From an uncultured Candidatus Saccharibacteria bacterium (GTDB taxonomy: Bacteria > Patescibacteriota > Minisyncoccia > Phycocordibacterales > DAORIS01): DNA of 64,000 nucleotides. Under the pieces are notes generated by a model, which was not told the DNA's origin, did no database searches, and was given only the letters and a program-made list of their open reading frames with translations. The position numbers were made by a program, and so were the translations under genes. The stretch covers positions 131,712-195,711 of the forward strand of contig CAZXUH010000001.1 in NCBI GenBank assembly GCA_964644035.1. The letters are read 5' to 3'. The stretch's first letter is position 1. The number at the start of each line of letters is the position of its first letter. Of this stretch, positions 11,002-20,646 are shown piece after piece.

Positions 11002-11072
11002 CGGGCGATGAAGGAATCGAACCCTCGACGACGGTTTTGGAGACCGTAGTTATACCATTTAACTAATCGCCC
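11002..11072 (-). tRNA. tRNA-Trp (anticodon CCA)
   Basis: Reverse-complement cloverleaf: GGGCGAT acceptor, D-stem AGTT/AACT, anticodon stem ACGGT/ACCGT with loop CTCCAAA, T-loop TTCGATT. Confidence 0.8.
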
Positions 11073-11087
11073 GTACCTGATACATTA

Positions 11088-12140
11088 TCAGAAAAAATCT
11101 CTAATCACCACTGAAACGGCTTTGTTGGCGTCTAGCCATCTGATTTCTTTATTTCGTTTAAACCATGTCATTTGGCGCTTAGCGTACTGCCAGATAGCAA
11201 TGTTCAGTTCTTTGATCATGGTTTCTTTGGAAATCAGTCCTTGAAGGTATCGGGAAACGTATCTGTACTCTAGTCCTAACATTTCCATTCGTTTCCAAGA
11301 CAAACCGTTTTTATGAAGTTTTCCGACTTCTTTTATCATTCCAGACTTGATGCGGGAAAGGAGTCGTGAATTTATTTTTTCTTGAAGAATTTTTGGATTA
11401 GTTTTTATACCTATTGTGATACTATCGTACTTTCTCATCGATACGGAAGAAAGCTCTTTTTCGCCTTTCAAATTTGTATCAGAGTTTGTATTTGAATTCA
11501 AAACAGGAACTTTCCCCAGAGCTTCGACGATCTCGAGTGCTCGAAGTAGTCTGACGGTATTGTGTTTATCGATACTAGCTGCGCGAACAGGATCCTTTTT
11601 CAAAAGTATTTTAAAAAGTGTTTCAGCAGACTTTTTTGAATATTTTTCACGTAGCTTTTTATTTATTTTTACATCGGGGAATTTCTGATTGTATACCAAA
11701 GCATCGATATAAAATCCTGTACCCCCGCAAATAATAGGGAGTTTTCCTTTTTTCAATATTTTATCAACCGCTTTTTCAGCATCTTTTTTATAATGATCCA
11801 CAGTATATAGACTTTTAGCCGAAGCAATGTCGAGCATGTGGTGAGGAATACCCGACATTTCTTTTTTAGTAACCTTGCCCGTGCCGATATCGAGACCTTT
11901 ATACACTTGTCGTGAATCAGCAGACACTATTTCTCCATTGAGTTTTTTTGCCAGCACAATAGCCAAGGCAGTTTTGCCCGAAGCAGTAGGCCCTAGTATC
12001 ACTACTATGCGTTTACTCGATTTTGGATCATTTTTATTTGTTCTTGCATTACCCGTTGAATAGTCTTTATTTCGACTATGTTCTGATCCATTTGTTTTAG
12101 TGTGAGTTTTATATCCGGCACGTCTTCGTTGGTTGTGCAT
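11088..12140 (-). CDS. miaA: tRNA dimethylallyltransferase (MiaA)
   Basis: P-loop IVVILGPTASGKTALAIVLA plus SADSRQVYKGLDIGTGK, a typical MiaA N-terminal region. The annotated ORF carries an unusual ~45-aa basic N-terminal extension, so the true start may be later. Confidence 0.8.
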   Translation of the reverse strand: MHNQRRRAGYKTHTKTNGSEHSRNKDYSTGNARTNKNDPKSSKRIVVILGPTASGKTALAIVLAKKLNGEIVSADSRQVYKGLDIGTGKVTKKEMSGIPHHMLDIASAKSLYTVDHYKKDAEKAVDKILKKGKLPIICGGTGFYIDALVYNQKFPDVKINKKLREKYSKKSAETLFKILLKKDPVRAASIDKHNTVRLLRALEIVEALGKVPVLNSNTNSDTNLKGEKELSSVSMRKYDSITIGIKTNPKILQEKINSRLLSRIKSGMIKEVGKLHKNGLSWKRMEMLGLEYRYVSRYLQGLISKETMIKELNIAIWQYAKRQMTWFKRNKEIRWLDANKAVSVVIRDFF

Positions 12141-12354
12141 GTGATTATGTAGAATTTGTATATCTTACATACTATCCATGAAAAGAGAAATAACGCTATA
12201 AAATAAGTAGCTATGTTAGTAGGGAAATATGAAGCCAGAGATGTAACTATTGTTTCCATTACGACTCATATTTTAACAAAGACATTTTGATTGTAAACGA
12301 AATTTACATTTCGTCTTCACAAAGATTTTATCTCTAAGATGTACACTCAGTCTG

Positions 12355-12441
12355 TGGTGCCGAAGGAGGGGGTCGAACCCTCATGAAGTTACCCTCGCAC
12401 GATTTTGAGTCGTGTGCGTCTGCCAATTCCGCCACTTCGGC
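12355..12441 (-). tRNA. tRNA-Leu (anticodon CAA), type II, CCA encoded
   Basis: Reverse-complement GCCGAAG...CTTCGGCACCA; anticodon loop CTCAAAA; long variable arm; T-arm GAGGG-TTCGACC-CCCTC. Confidence 0.8.
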
Positions 12442-12539
12442 CTTATTCCGCTATAACCCATGTCTTCATAGGCGACGGCGAACATGTATCGAAAGTCTAC
12501 TATAGAAACATATTAAATCAATTATGTTAAAATAGCTCC

Positions 12540-13484
12540 ATGTCACAGTTTTACAATAACTCCGTTTTCTGGATCGAAGTCGATAAGATCAAACCCAATC
12601 CCTTCCAGCCTCGAAAAGAATTTGACCCAATCCAATTGCAAGCCTTGGCTGACTCGATCAGACAATATGGCGTGCTGCAGGCTCTGGTAGTTACTCGTAC
12701 CGAATTTACAAAGCCCGACGGTGGTCTCGGAGTAGAATATGAACTCATTGCCGGAGAACGACGTCTACGTGCATCCAAGCTAGCAGGACTACGCGAAGTA
12801 CCAGTACTCATCAAAACTGGTGACGAAAGCAGCCTCATGAAGCTCGAGCTGGCGATTATTGAAAACGTCCAGCGCGAAGATCTCAATCCTGTCGACAGAG
12901 CACGAGCCTTTGATCGTCTGGTCAAAGAATTTGGATTTAAGCATGCACAGATTGCTGAAAAAGTAGGCAAGAGCCGTGAATATGTCACCAACAGTTTGCG
13001 TATACTGGCTTTGCCCAATGATGTCATCGAAGCGCTCTCACAGGGAATTATTTCAGAAGGTCATGCGCGACCACTTGGTATGCTCAATGATCGTCCGGAA
13101 GAACAAGCAACACTTCTCAAGGAAATCATGTACAAGAAGCTCACGGTGCGTGAAGCTGAAGGAATTGCTCGCAGAATTGCTCAGGACAAAGTACGCAAGA
13201 AAGAATCTTTTGATCCAGAATTGCTTGATTATGAAACCAAATTTACCGAATCACTTGGTACGCGCGTACAAATAGAGAAAAAAGAGAAAGGCGGCAAGGT
13301 AGTGATAGATTTCTTTTCACCAGAAGACTTGCGATCGATTTTGCAAAAAATAACCGCAAAAGAAATAGTTCAAACTCCAGCCATAGAAGAACAAGTCGCA
13401 ATGGTGGATGATAGAACACCCCAGGAAGTCAAAGCAGTAGAAGAATCAGAAGATCTCTACGCTATTAAGAATTTCAGCCTATGA
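12540..13484 (+). CDS. parB: Chromosome partitioning protein ParB/Spo0J
   Basis: 314 aa. ParB box LIAGERRLRASKLAG plus a helix-turn-helix region. No canonical parS (TGTTTCACGTGAAACA) was found in the window. Confidence 0.85.
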   Translation: MSQFYNNSVFWIEVDKIKPNPFQPRKEFDPIQLQALADSIRQYGVLQALVVTRTEFTKPDGGLGVEYELIAGERRLRASKLAGLREVPVLIKTGDESSLMKLELAIIENVQREDLNPVDRARAFDRLVKEFGFKHAQIAEKVGKSREYVTNSLRILALPNDVIEALSQGIISEGHARPLGMLNDRPEEQATLLKEIMYKKLTVREAEGIARRIAQDKVRKKESFDPELLDYETKFTESLGTRVQIEKKEKGGKVVIDFFSPEDLRSILQKITAKEIVQTPAIEEQVAMVDDRTPQEVKAVEESEDLYAIKNFSL

Positions 13485-14059
13485 GCAAGTTAAAGATCGG
13501 ACTTGATTTCGATGGGGTTGTTTCTGATGCTGGAAGATTGAAATCAGATGCAGCCAAGAAAATATTTAATAAGGATATACCTCCAGCTTTATTTAAACGT
13601 GAATTAGTGGTCAAACCTGATTTTCTTACCAACGACCAGTACAATGAACTGCAAAATTTAGTATATGGCACTAGGGAATATGGTTTCATGATGCAGCCTG
13701 TTATGGGAATGCTCGAGCATCTACCCAAACTTATAGAACATGGTCACGATGTGAAAATAATTACTTCTAGAAATGAAGATTGGGCACAAATTGCGAGAGA
13801 ATGGCTTGATACACACAATATTAAAATAAAAATAATAGGTGTTGGAAATGGGATAAGCAAACTTGAGGCTGCTAAAGGACTCGATATTTATATAGACGAT
13901 GACTTAGAAAAATTGTTACCTCTTGTTGGAACTGTGCCTTATTTGTTCTTATTTTCTTGGGACTACAATAAACATATAGGCATTGAAGAAGGTATAGAAA
14001 GAATTTCATCCTGGAATGAATTTTCTGAAAAAATAACCAATATAATAAAAACGAGCTAG
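13481..14059 (+). CDS. HAD-superfamily hydrolase, 5'(3')-deoxyribonucleotidase-like
   Basis: 192 aa. N-terminal IGLDFDGVV (DxDG motif I) with distal HAD motifs. Overlaps the parB stop by 4 nt. Confidence 0.5.
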   Translation: MSKLKIGLDFDGVVSDAGRLKSDAAKKIFNKDIPPALFKRELVVKPDFLTNDQYNELQNLVYGTREYGFMMQPVMGMLEHLPKLIEHGHDVKIITSRNEDWAQIAREWLDTHNIKIKIIGVGNGISKLEAAKGLDIYIDDDLEKLLPLVGTVPYLFLFSWDYNKHIGIEEGIERISSWNEFSEKITNIIKTS

Positions 14060-14068
14060 CTTTTTAGG

Positions 14069-14638
14069 CTAGCCCGTTATGAGGTAGGAAGGTATGCGGC
14101 AGTGAGAGCTGATCTCGTTCGCTACCCGATGGATCTCGGCGTTGGAGAGGAGTTTTCGGTTCAGGTCATTGACATAGTAGATCGGGATACCGTTTCGGAG
14201 TGGAAGTGGTAGCTGATCTCTGTACGACATGACATTAAACAAAACCGGAATGCCTTGGGATGTGAACAGCTTATTCCACTGCATGAATCCGTCGGGATTT
14301 TTCCCCACGACTATCGCAGCAGTTGCTGGCGCAATCATCTTCTTGATGTTTGGGTTGGTGATTTTGCCGGGCAGGTCACCAAGAACGATATCCTTGGTAT
14401 CGTACTGAAATTCCCAAATTCGTCGACTGATGGTCGGGTTGAACCAGGCTTTGACCCTCTTCTTTCTTTTCTCCCACGGCTTTATCCCGAGGATACAGGG
14501 AATGGTATCCGAATACACATCAATTTCATGGATACCGACACTGACCTCGTTCAATTGAGTGAGATGTTTGTAGATCGATGCAACGAGCGTCGATTTCCCA
14601 CAATTGCTGTCACCACCGATTGCGATACGCGTCGGCAT
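14069..14638 (-). CDS. P-loop NTPase of unknown function
   Basis: 189 aa. Walker A IAIGGDSNCGKST near the N-terminus. No further family assignment is possible by eye. Confidence 0.5.
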   Translation of the reverse strand: MPTRIAIGGDSNCGKSTLVASIYKHLTQLNEVSVGIHEIDVYSDTIPCILGIKPWEKRKKRVKAWFNPTISRRIWEFQYDTKDIVLGDLPGKITNPNIKKMIAPATAAIVVGKNPDGFMQWNKLFTSQGIPVLFNVMSYRDQLPLPLRNGIPIYYVNDLNRKLLSNAEIHRVANEISSHCRIPSYLITG

Positions 14639-14718
14639 AATATCTCCTTTCGTAAAAAGATCTAACGCAACTAATAGTATTTAATCTTTATACCAATAGT
14701 CAGTCAAGTTTACAGAAG

Positions 14719-16902
14719 CTACTTTTTCTCGTCTGTTTCGGACTTTTTTCGGAAACCGCGCTTTTTCTTTTCTTCTTTAAATATTTCGAGAGCACGATCG
14801 AGGGTTACTTTGTATACATCGTCCGTTTTGAGGGAGCGGAAATCTTTTTCATGTACGACATAAGGTCCAAATCTGCCGACATTGGCAGAAATAGGCTGAT
14901 TGGTATCAGGATGATTACCCAAGACTCGCGGAAGTGAAAGATAGGTTAGTGCCTGTTCGAGGGTAACAGTTGTTGGATCGACTTCCTTGGGTACGCTTGA
15001 ACGGCGAGGTTTAGGATTCTTTTTATCTTTTTCTCCGATCTGTACATATGGACCGAAGCGACCGTTGAGAAGTTTGATTTCCAATCCCGATTCAGGGTCG
15101 GTGCCAATAACCTTGTCTTTAGGCATTTCTTCGCCATTTTCCATGCGAGCACCGATACAATCAGGGAATCGCGAGCAACTCATGAACTTTCCATTACGCG
15201 AAAGCTTGTAGACCATGGCGCTACCACAGACTGGGCATTTGAATTCTTCTGGTGCAGGACCAAGATCGGTCAGCTTTTCTGTGTTTTTTGATTTTATCTT
15301 GAGCTCTTTGGTAAACGGACCGTAGAAATCTTTGAGCGTTTTTTCGTAATTCTTTTTTCCCTCAGCGATTTCGTCGAGCGAATTTTCCATGGTCGCTGTG
15401 AATGTATCGCTTATATAGTCTCCAAAATTGTCTTCAAGGAAGGTAGAAACGACGTCGCCTGTATCGGTAGGTATAAGAGATCGGCTTTCTTTGGTTACAT
15501 AGCCGCGATCTTCGAGAGTTTTAATAATAGACGCATAGGTACTTGGTCGGCCAATGCCTCGCTTTTCAAGTTCTTTGACTAAACCTGCTTCAGAATATCT
15601 CGATGGTGGTTCGGTCTGCTTTTCCTGGCTGCGAATATCCACAAGATCAAGCGGATCTTTTTCTTTGAGATCAGGTAGTGTCATTTCATCGCCAGTACCT
15701 TCTGGATCTACCTTTAGCCAGCCATCAAAAAGCACTACCGAACCAGTAATAGAGAAATCAGGTACGATTTCATCATTGGGCTTAGCAGTAATTTTTGTCC
15801 TCAATGTTTTTGCATCTGACATTTGAGAAGTGACGGTACGAGTCCAAATAAGATTGTAGAGTTTCTTCTGCTCATCATTGGCACCAGCAAATTCTTTAGC
15901 TGCTTCGGTCGGACGAATGGCTTCGTGAGCTTCTTGGGCGTTTTTGGATTTGGTTTTCCATTCCCTTACTTCGAGATATTCTTTTCCAAATTTCTTTTCA
16001 ACGAGTTTTGAAATCTGACCAATAGAAAGGGAACTGAGATTGGTACTGTCGGTACGCATATAGGTAATATATCCAGCTTCATAGAGCTTCTGAGCGACGC
16101 CCATGGTCTTTGCGGGACTAAATCCAAGTCGCGTGCTTGCCGTCTGCTGAAGAGTTGAAGTAGTAAATGGTGCTTTGGGAGAACGTTTTACTTCGGTCTG
16201 TTTTACTTCGGTCACGCCCCATGGTTTCTTTTTTGCTGCAGCAAGAATCTCGTCGACACGCTTCTTATCTCGCGGCTCTTCGGCTGAAGTGAGAGTAAGA
16301 GGGATATTCTTTTCAGTTTTTACATCAGCTTGAAGAACCCAAAATGTTTCTGGTTGGAATGCTCTGATCTCACGTTCGCGTTCCATAATGATACGAAGTG
16401 CTGGAGACTGGACACGACCAGCCGAAAGGCCGTAGCGAACCTTTTTCCAAATAAGACCTGATAGATCATAGCCGACAAGCCTATCGAGCACTCTGCGAGC
16501 CTCCTGAGCTTGTCTCAGGTCTTGATCGATATCACGCGGATGCTTTACGGCTTCCTGTACAGCATCTTTGGTAATTTCATTGAAGACAACTCTTTTTGCT
16601 TTTTTGAGGCCAATTGCTTGCTGAATATGCCACGCAATAGCTTCGCCTTCTCGGTCGGGGTCGGTTGCTAGAAGAACCTCCTCAGCTTTGTTGGAAAGAG
16701 TTTTGATTTCATCGACAATATGATCCTTGCCTTTGCTGATTTCATAATGAGGTACGAAGCCGCTTTCTATGTCGATTGCTTTCTTATTGCTCTTAGGCAA
16801 ATCTCTTACGTGACCCACCGATGCTTTGACGGTGTAGGCATTGTCCAGGTACTTAGCAATGGTCTTTGCCTTGGCTGGAGACTCAACGATTAAAAGTTTC
16901 AT
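14719..16902 (-). CDS. topA: DNA topoisomerase I with C-terminal zinc-ribbon region
   Basis: 727 aa. Toprim N-terminus MKLLIVESPAKAKTIAKYL, the catalytic Tyr region, and C-terminal CxxC zinc fingers (CPVCGS...CSRFPDC). Confidence 0.9.
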   Translation of the reverse strand: MKLLIVESPAKAKTIAKYLDNAYTVKASVGHVRDLPKSNKKAIDIESGFVPHYEISKGKDHIVDEIKTLSNKAEEVLLATDPDREGEAIAWHIQQAIGLKKAKRVVFNEITKDAVQEAVKHPRDIDQDLRQAQEARRVLDRLVGYDLSGLIWKKVRYGLSAGRVQSPALRIIMEREREIRAFQPETFWVLQADVKTEKNIPLTLTSAEEPRDKKRVDEILAAAKKKPWGVTEVKQTEVKRSPKAPFTTSTLQQTASTRLGFSPAKTMGVAQKLYEAGYITYMRTDSTNLSSLSIGQISKLVEKKFGKEYLEVREWKTKSKNAQEAHEAIRPTEAAKEFAGANDEQKKLYNLIWTRTVTSQMSDAKTLRTKITAKPNDEIVPDFSITGSVVLFDGWLKVDPEGTGDEMTLPDLKEKDPLDLVDIRSQEKQTEPPSRYSEAGLVKELEKRGIGRPSTYASIIKTLEDRGYVTKESRSLIPTDTGDVVSTFLEDNFGDYISDTFTATMENSLDEIAEGKKNYEKTLKDFYGPFTKELKIKSKNTEKLTDLGPAPEEFKCPVCGSAMVYKLSRNGKFMSCSRFPDCIGARMENGEEMPKDKVIGTDPESGLEIKLLNGRFGPYVQIGEKDKKNPKPRRSSVPKEVDPTTVTLEQALTYLSLPRVLGNHPDTNQPISANVGRFGPYVVHEKDFRSLKTDDVYKVTLDRALEIFKEEKKKRGFRKKSETDEKK

Positions 16903-17033
16903 GTGCGTTCATTATTACTACAAAGATTCTTTTTTGCAAATTTAGCTATAAATCTCAATTATATTTAATTTAATCTTTCTATAGCTAAATTTCATTTACT
17001 TTTTCTTATTATCGCTCGATGCGAAGGAAAAAG

Positions 17034-17429
17034 ATGTATCAAAGTGTTAAAAAGGTGGGTATTGGCAGATTTGGTCAAATGTATGAAGGTTTATTTCACC
17101 AGGAGGCAATAGATTTTTTAATAACGATAAAATCGGGAGAAATGATGGGTGCTTTATCTCATCCAGATATTGAACAAAAAATCGATGTGGTGTGGGGTGA
17201 ATCAGGCGAAAGGGGTTATGGCTTAGCTCATATTCTTGAAAAGCATCCGGAAGTTGTAAATCAGTTGAGTGGGTATGTTGCAAAAGGAAAAATATACAGA
17301 AGGACTAAAAACAGGATCCAATTAGAAATTATTGTTAATATTTCTAAAAATACCAAAGCTATTTCAATTGTTCGGTTAGATTTTAATAATGTTGGAAAAA
17401 TGTGGTTACTAACGGCTTTTAAAACGTAA
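17034..17429 (+). CDS. Hypothetical protein
   Basis: ORF 17019-17429. A probable start at MYQSVKK is preceded by aaggaaaaag. Contains GYGLAHILEKH; no confident family. Confidence 0.4.
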   Translation: MYQSVKKVGIGRFGQMYEGLFHQEAIDFLITIKSGEMMGALSHPDIEQKIDVVWGESGERGYGLAHILEKHPEVVNQLSGYVAKGKIYRRTKNRIQLEIIVNISKNTKAISIVRLDFNNVGKMWLLTAFKT

Positions 17430-17561
17430 AAGGCGGCATGTTATGCCGCAATCAACTAAGTCCGCTTCTTATGATTGTTTAACCTTTTACAGAATCATTA
17501 ATAAGTGTAGCACTTGCTATTATTGAATCAATCTTTTTACTATTTCATCTTCATTTTTTCT

Positions 17562-18437
17562 TTATTTCACTAATCTAATTTGTCCCAACGATTCTTTGAT
17601 TATTCCCTTGATTTCAAGCTCCATAAGTATGATCTGCACCTTATATGTCGGCCATTGTAATTGCCCGATCAAATCTGCTTTCGAAATAGGTGAAGAAAGC
17701 ATGTCTATTATATGTAGCTGATCCTTGGTGAGATCACTAAACAGCGAAGTTTGTACACCCAATTGCCGTTCCTCTTTAATACCCAATAGCTCGTGTATAT
17801 CTTTCATGTCGGTCAGAGCGATCGCGCCTTGTTGCAATAGATAGTGCGTACCCTCTGATTTTTTGGAAAAAATAGAGCCGGGGATAGCGCAGACGGTTTT
17901 ATTGTAATCAAGTGCTAGTCGGGCGGTGATGAGACTTCCAGATTCTTTGGTCGCTTCAATCACAATCACTATTTCACATAGTGCCGCCATGAGGCGATTG
18001 CGTTTCGGAAAAGCCCAAGTCGTTGATACAAAATCTGGTTCAAATTCTGAGATCAAACCCCCGCCATTTTCAACGATTGCTTTTGCCAGAGCAATATTTT
18101 GTCTCGGATACAGTACTTGATCACTTAAACCAGAACCAGGGAAGGCAATAGTACGTAAGTTATTCTCAATAGCCGATGTATGGGCAATACTGTCTATTCC
18201 TAAAGCCAGTCCGGAGACAATAGTGACAGGCAAACCTCGTAAACAGCCAATAATATACTGGCAGACATCTTTTCCATATGAAGAATACTTTCTTGAGCCA
18301 ATGATACATATATAGGTATGACCCTCCTTTCGATCAAAGAGAAAATCACCTCTTGCATAGAGTTTCTCTGGTGGGTGAGGTGATTGGCTAATGCTCTCCG
18401 GCCACAAGTTTTTTTCGATTCTATATATTGACTGCAT
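17562..18437 (-). CDS. dprA: DNA processing protein DprA (Smf)
   Basis: 291 aa. Rossmann-like core ICIIGSRKYSSYGKD...VSGLALGIDSIAHTSAI typical of DprA. Confidence 0.8.
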   Translation of the reverse strand: MQSIYRIEKNLWPESISQSPHPPEKLYARGDFLFDRKEGHTYICIIGSRKYSSYGKDVCQYIIGCLRGLPVTIVSGLALGIDSIAHTSAIENNLRTIAFPGSGLSDQVLYPRQNIALAKAIVENGGGLISEFEPDFVSTTWAFPKRNRLMAALCEIVIVIEATKESGSLITARLALDYNKTVCAIPGSIFSKKSEGTHYLLQQGAIALTDMKDIHELLGIKEERQLGVQTSLFSDLTKDQLHIIDMLSSPISKADLIGQLQWPTYKVQIILMELEIKGIIKESLGQIRLVK

Positions 18438-18510
18438 AACTTTAATTCATCATACATATCTGATATGATGAATATCTGAAAAAAGAATCAATAGAAGCTT
18501 AAAAACCGCA

Positions 18511-19773
18511 ATGCTCGACATACGATTTATCAGAGAAAACAAGGACTTGATCAAAGAAGCAGCTCGAAAAAAGCATGTTGCTTTTGACGTTGAAGCACTT
18601 CTCACTATCGACGATCAGCGCCGCGAACTCACTACGGCGATAGAAACCAAGCGTGCAGTTCAAAATAGCTTCAATGACAAAATCGTCAACGCTTCGGGCG
18701 ATGAACGACAAAAACTCGTGGCTGAAATGCAGACCGTCAAAGCTGATATGAAAGAGAGTGATGAAAAACTCAAAGAAGTGATGAAAGACTGGCAGACACT
18801 TATGCTTCAAGTGCCCAATATTCCTGATATGTCGGTGCCAGAAGGCGAGAGCGATGAGCAAAATGCAGAAGTCAGAGTGGTCGGGGAAAAATTCCCAATG
18901 AACTTTACCCCCAAGGATCATATTGCGCTCATGGAAGCACTCGATCTTGCAGATTTTGAACGTGGAGCAAAAGTATCTGGCTTCAGAGGATATTTTTTGA
19001 AAAATGAAGGGGCACTACTTGAATTTGCTTTATGGAAATTCTTTACAGATATGATTGTAAAGAAAGGTTTCTCTCCAATGATCGTGCCTTCGCTCGTCAA
19101 TCGTCAGACACTTTTTGGAACGGGCTATTTGCCACAAGGTGAAGAAGATTTGTATAAGACGCAAGATGGTGATTATCTCGCTGGTACTGGCGAAGTTGCA
19201 GCTATGGCCTATCATTCAGATGAAATACTCGACAAAGAAAGTTTGCCAAAAAAGATCGTGGCATTTTCTCCATGTTTCAGACGCGAAGCGGGAAGTCACA
19301 GTAAAGATGTCAAAGGTTTGATCCGTGTACACGAGTTTATGAAGCTCGAACAGGTCGTACTCTGCGAAGCGAGTCATGAGCAGTCAGTGAAGTATCACGA
19401 AGAGCTCACGCAAAATGTCGAGGAATTGTTGCAGGCGCTTAAGCTGCCATATCATATTGTCCTCAATTGCGGAGGAGATCTAGGGTTGGGACAGGTCAAG
19501 AAATACGATATAGAAGTCTGGATGCCGTCGCAGCAAAAATACCGCGAGACGCACTCATCTTCTTATTTCCATGATTTTCAGGCTCGACGTCTCAATATCC
19601 GATACCGTGATGCCGATGGTAAACTTCAGTATGTGCATTCGCTCAACAATACGCTTGTCGCCACACCACGCATGGTGGCATGCATCGTCGAAAATTATCA
19701 GCAAGCAGACGGCACCATTGTCGTTCCTGAGGTACTCGTTCCATACATTGGTAAAACCGTTATCGGAAAATAA
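18511..19773 (+). CDS. serS: Seryl-tRNA synthetase
   Basis: 420 aa. N-terminal coiled-coil arm (MLDIRFIREN...) and class II aaRS motifs (FRREAGS, GLGQ). Confidence 0.9.
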   Translation: MLDIRFIRENKDLIKEAARKKHVAFDVEALLTIDDQRRELTTAIETKRAVQNSFNDKIVNASGDERQKLVAEMQTVKADMKESDEKLKEVMKDWQTLMLQVPNIPDMSVPEGESDEQNAEVRVVGEKFPMNFTPKDHIALMEALDLADFERGAKVSGFRGYFLKNEGALLEFALWKFFTDMIVKKGFSPMIVPSLVNRQTLFGTGYLPQGEEDLYKTQDGDYLAGTGEVAAMAYHSDEILDKESLPKKIVAFSPCFRREAGSHSKDVKGLIRVHEFMKLEQVVLCEASHEQSVKYHEELTQNVEELLQALKLPYHIVLNCGGDLGLGQVKKYDIEVWMPSQQKYRETHSSSYFHDFQARRLNIRYRDADGKLQYVHSLNNTLVATPRMVACIVENYQQADGTIVVPEVLVPYIGKTVIGK

Positions 19774-19785
19774 GTACGATAAGGC

Positions 19786-20625
19786 ATGAAAAAACAGGTT
19801 TTTGGCAAACAACGCCGCGGACTTGAGTCAAAGAAGCTTCGTACCAAGAAGCGTCGCAGGCTCATCTCTTTTGTACTTATATTTATTGCTATTCCTGTAC
19901 TTATTATTGCTGGGCTTTCATATCTTTCATATCTCGATTTCTTTCAGATTAAAAATATAGAAGTTGCAGGCAATCAGACGATTGATGCACAAACACTAAC
20001 TGCTCTAGCTGAGAGTTCGCTTTCACAGCCGATCTGGTACATCTTTTCCAACTCCACCGTCGCCAAATATCCAAAAGAGCAGATAAAAGCCAATATCTCT
20101 TCATCGAGTCCTCGTATCAAAAGCACACATGTTGGTACCAAAGGATTCAAAACTCTTGAGATTGTAATCGTCGAAAGATCGGTACAGGCGGTGTGGTGTT
20201 CTGATACCAATGAATGTTTCTATATCGATGATGCCGGACTTCTCTATGAAGCGACATCGACAGACAGTATGGAATCACACTTTACATTCCATGGATATAC
20301 CGAAGACAATCATGTGCCGTATCTCAAAAATGCTCTCGATTTTGTAAGAGGCCTGGAACATCTCAATTTTGAACCGGTATCAATGCGTATTACTCCAGAA
20401 GCCGATGCCGATGTATTGCTCAAGAGCGGTTTGATTCTTAAAATTGCTCTACAAGACAATGTAGAAGGCAGAATCGATGTCATTCGCACGCTTATGACCG
20501 ATCAAATCTTCAAACAAAAGATAGCCGATAAGAAACTTTCATATGTCGATCTACGTTTTGGCAATAAAATATATTATAAAGAAAAGTCAGGAGGTAAGGT
20601 GAAATCAGTTGAGCAAAGCAATTAG
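19786..20625 (+). CDS. FtsQ/DivIB-like cell-division protein (single TM plus POTRA)
   Basis: 279 aa. Basic N-terminus, one TM helix, then IKNIEVAGNQTI, which is POTRA-like. Confidence 0.45.
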   Translation: MKKQVFGKQRRGLESKKLRTKKRRRLISFVLIFIAIPVLIIAGLSYLSYLDFFQIKNIEVAGNQTIDAQTLTALAESSLSQPIWYIFSNSTVAKYPKEQIKANISSSSPRIKSTHVGTKGFKTLEIVIVERSVQAVWCSDTNECFYIDDAGLLYEATSTDSMESHFTFHGYTEDNHVPYLKNALDFVRGLEHLNFEPVSMRITPEADADVLLKSGLILKIALQDNVEGRIDVIRTLMTDQIFKQKIADKKLSYVDLRFGNKIYYKEKSGGKVKSVEQSN

Positions 20626-20646
20626 CTTTGATATGCTCATCTTCCA

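Noticed and set aside
12260-12540. parS site or oriC near parB
   Set aside because: No match to TGTTTCACGTGAAACA was found. Only a 7-bp hairpin (acgaaat/atttcgt) lies downstream of the tRNA-Leu, and no DnaA-box clustering is evident.
12551-13027. 158-aa minus-strand ORF antisense to parB
   Set aside because: It overlaps the ParB box coding region completely. Ser/Arg-rich antisense artefacts of this kind are typical; no independent support.
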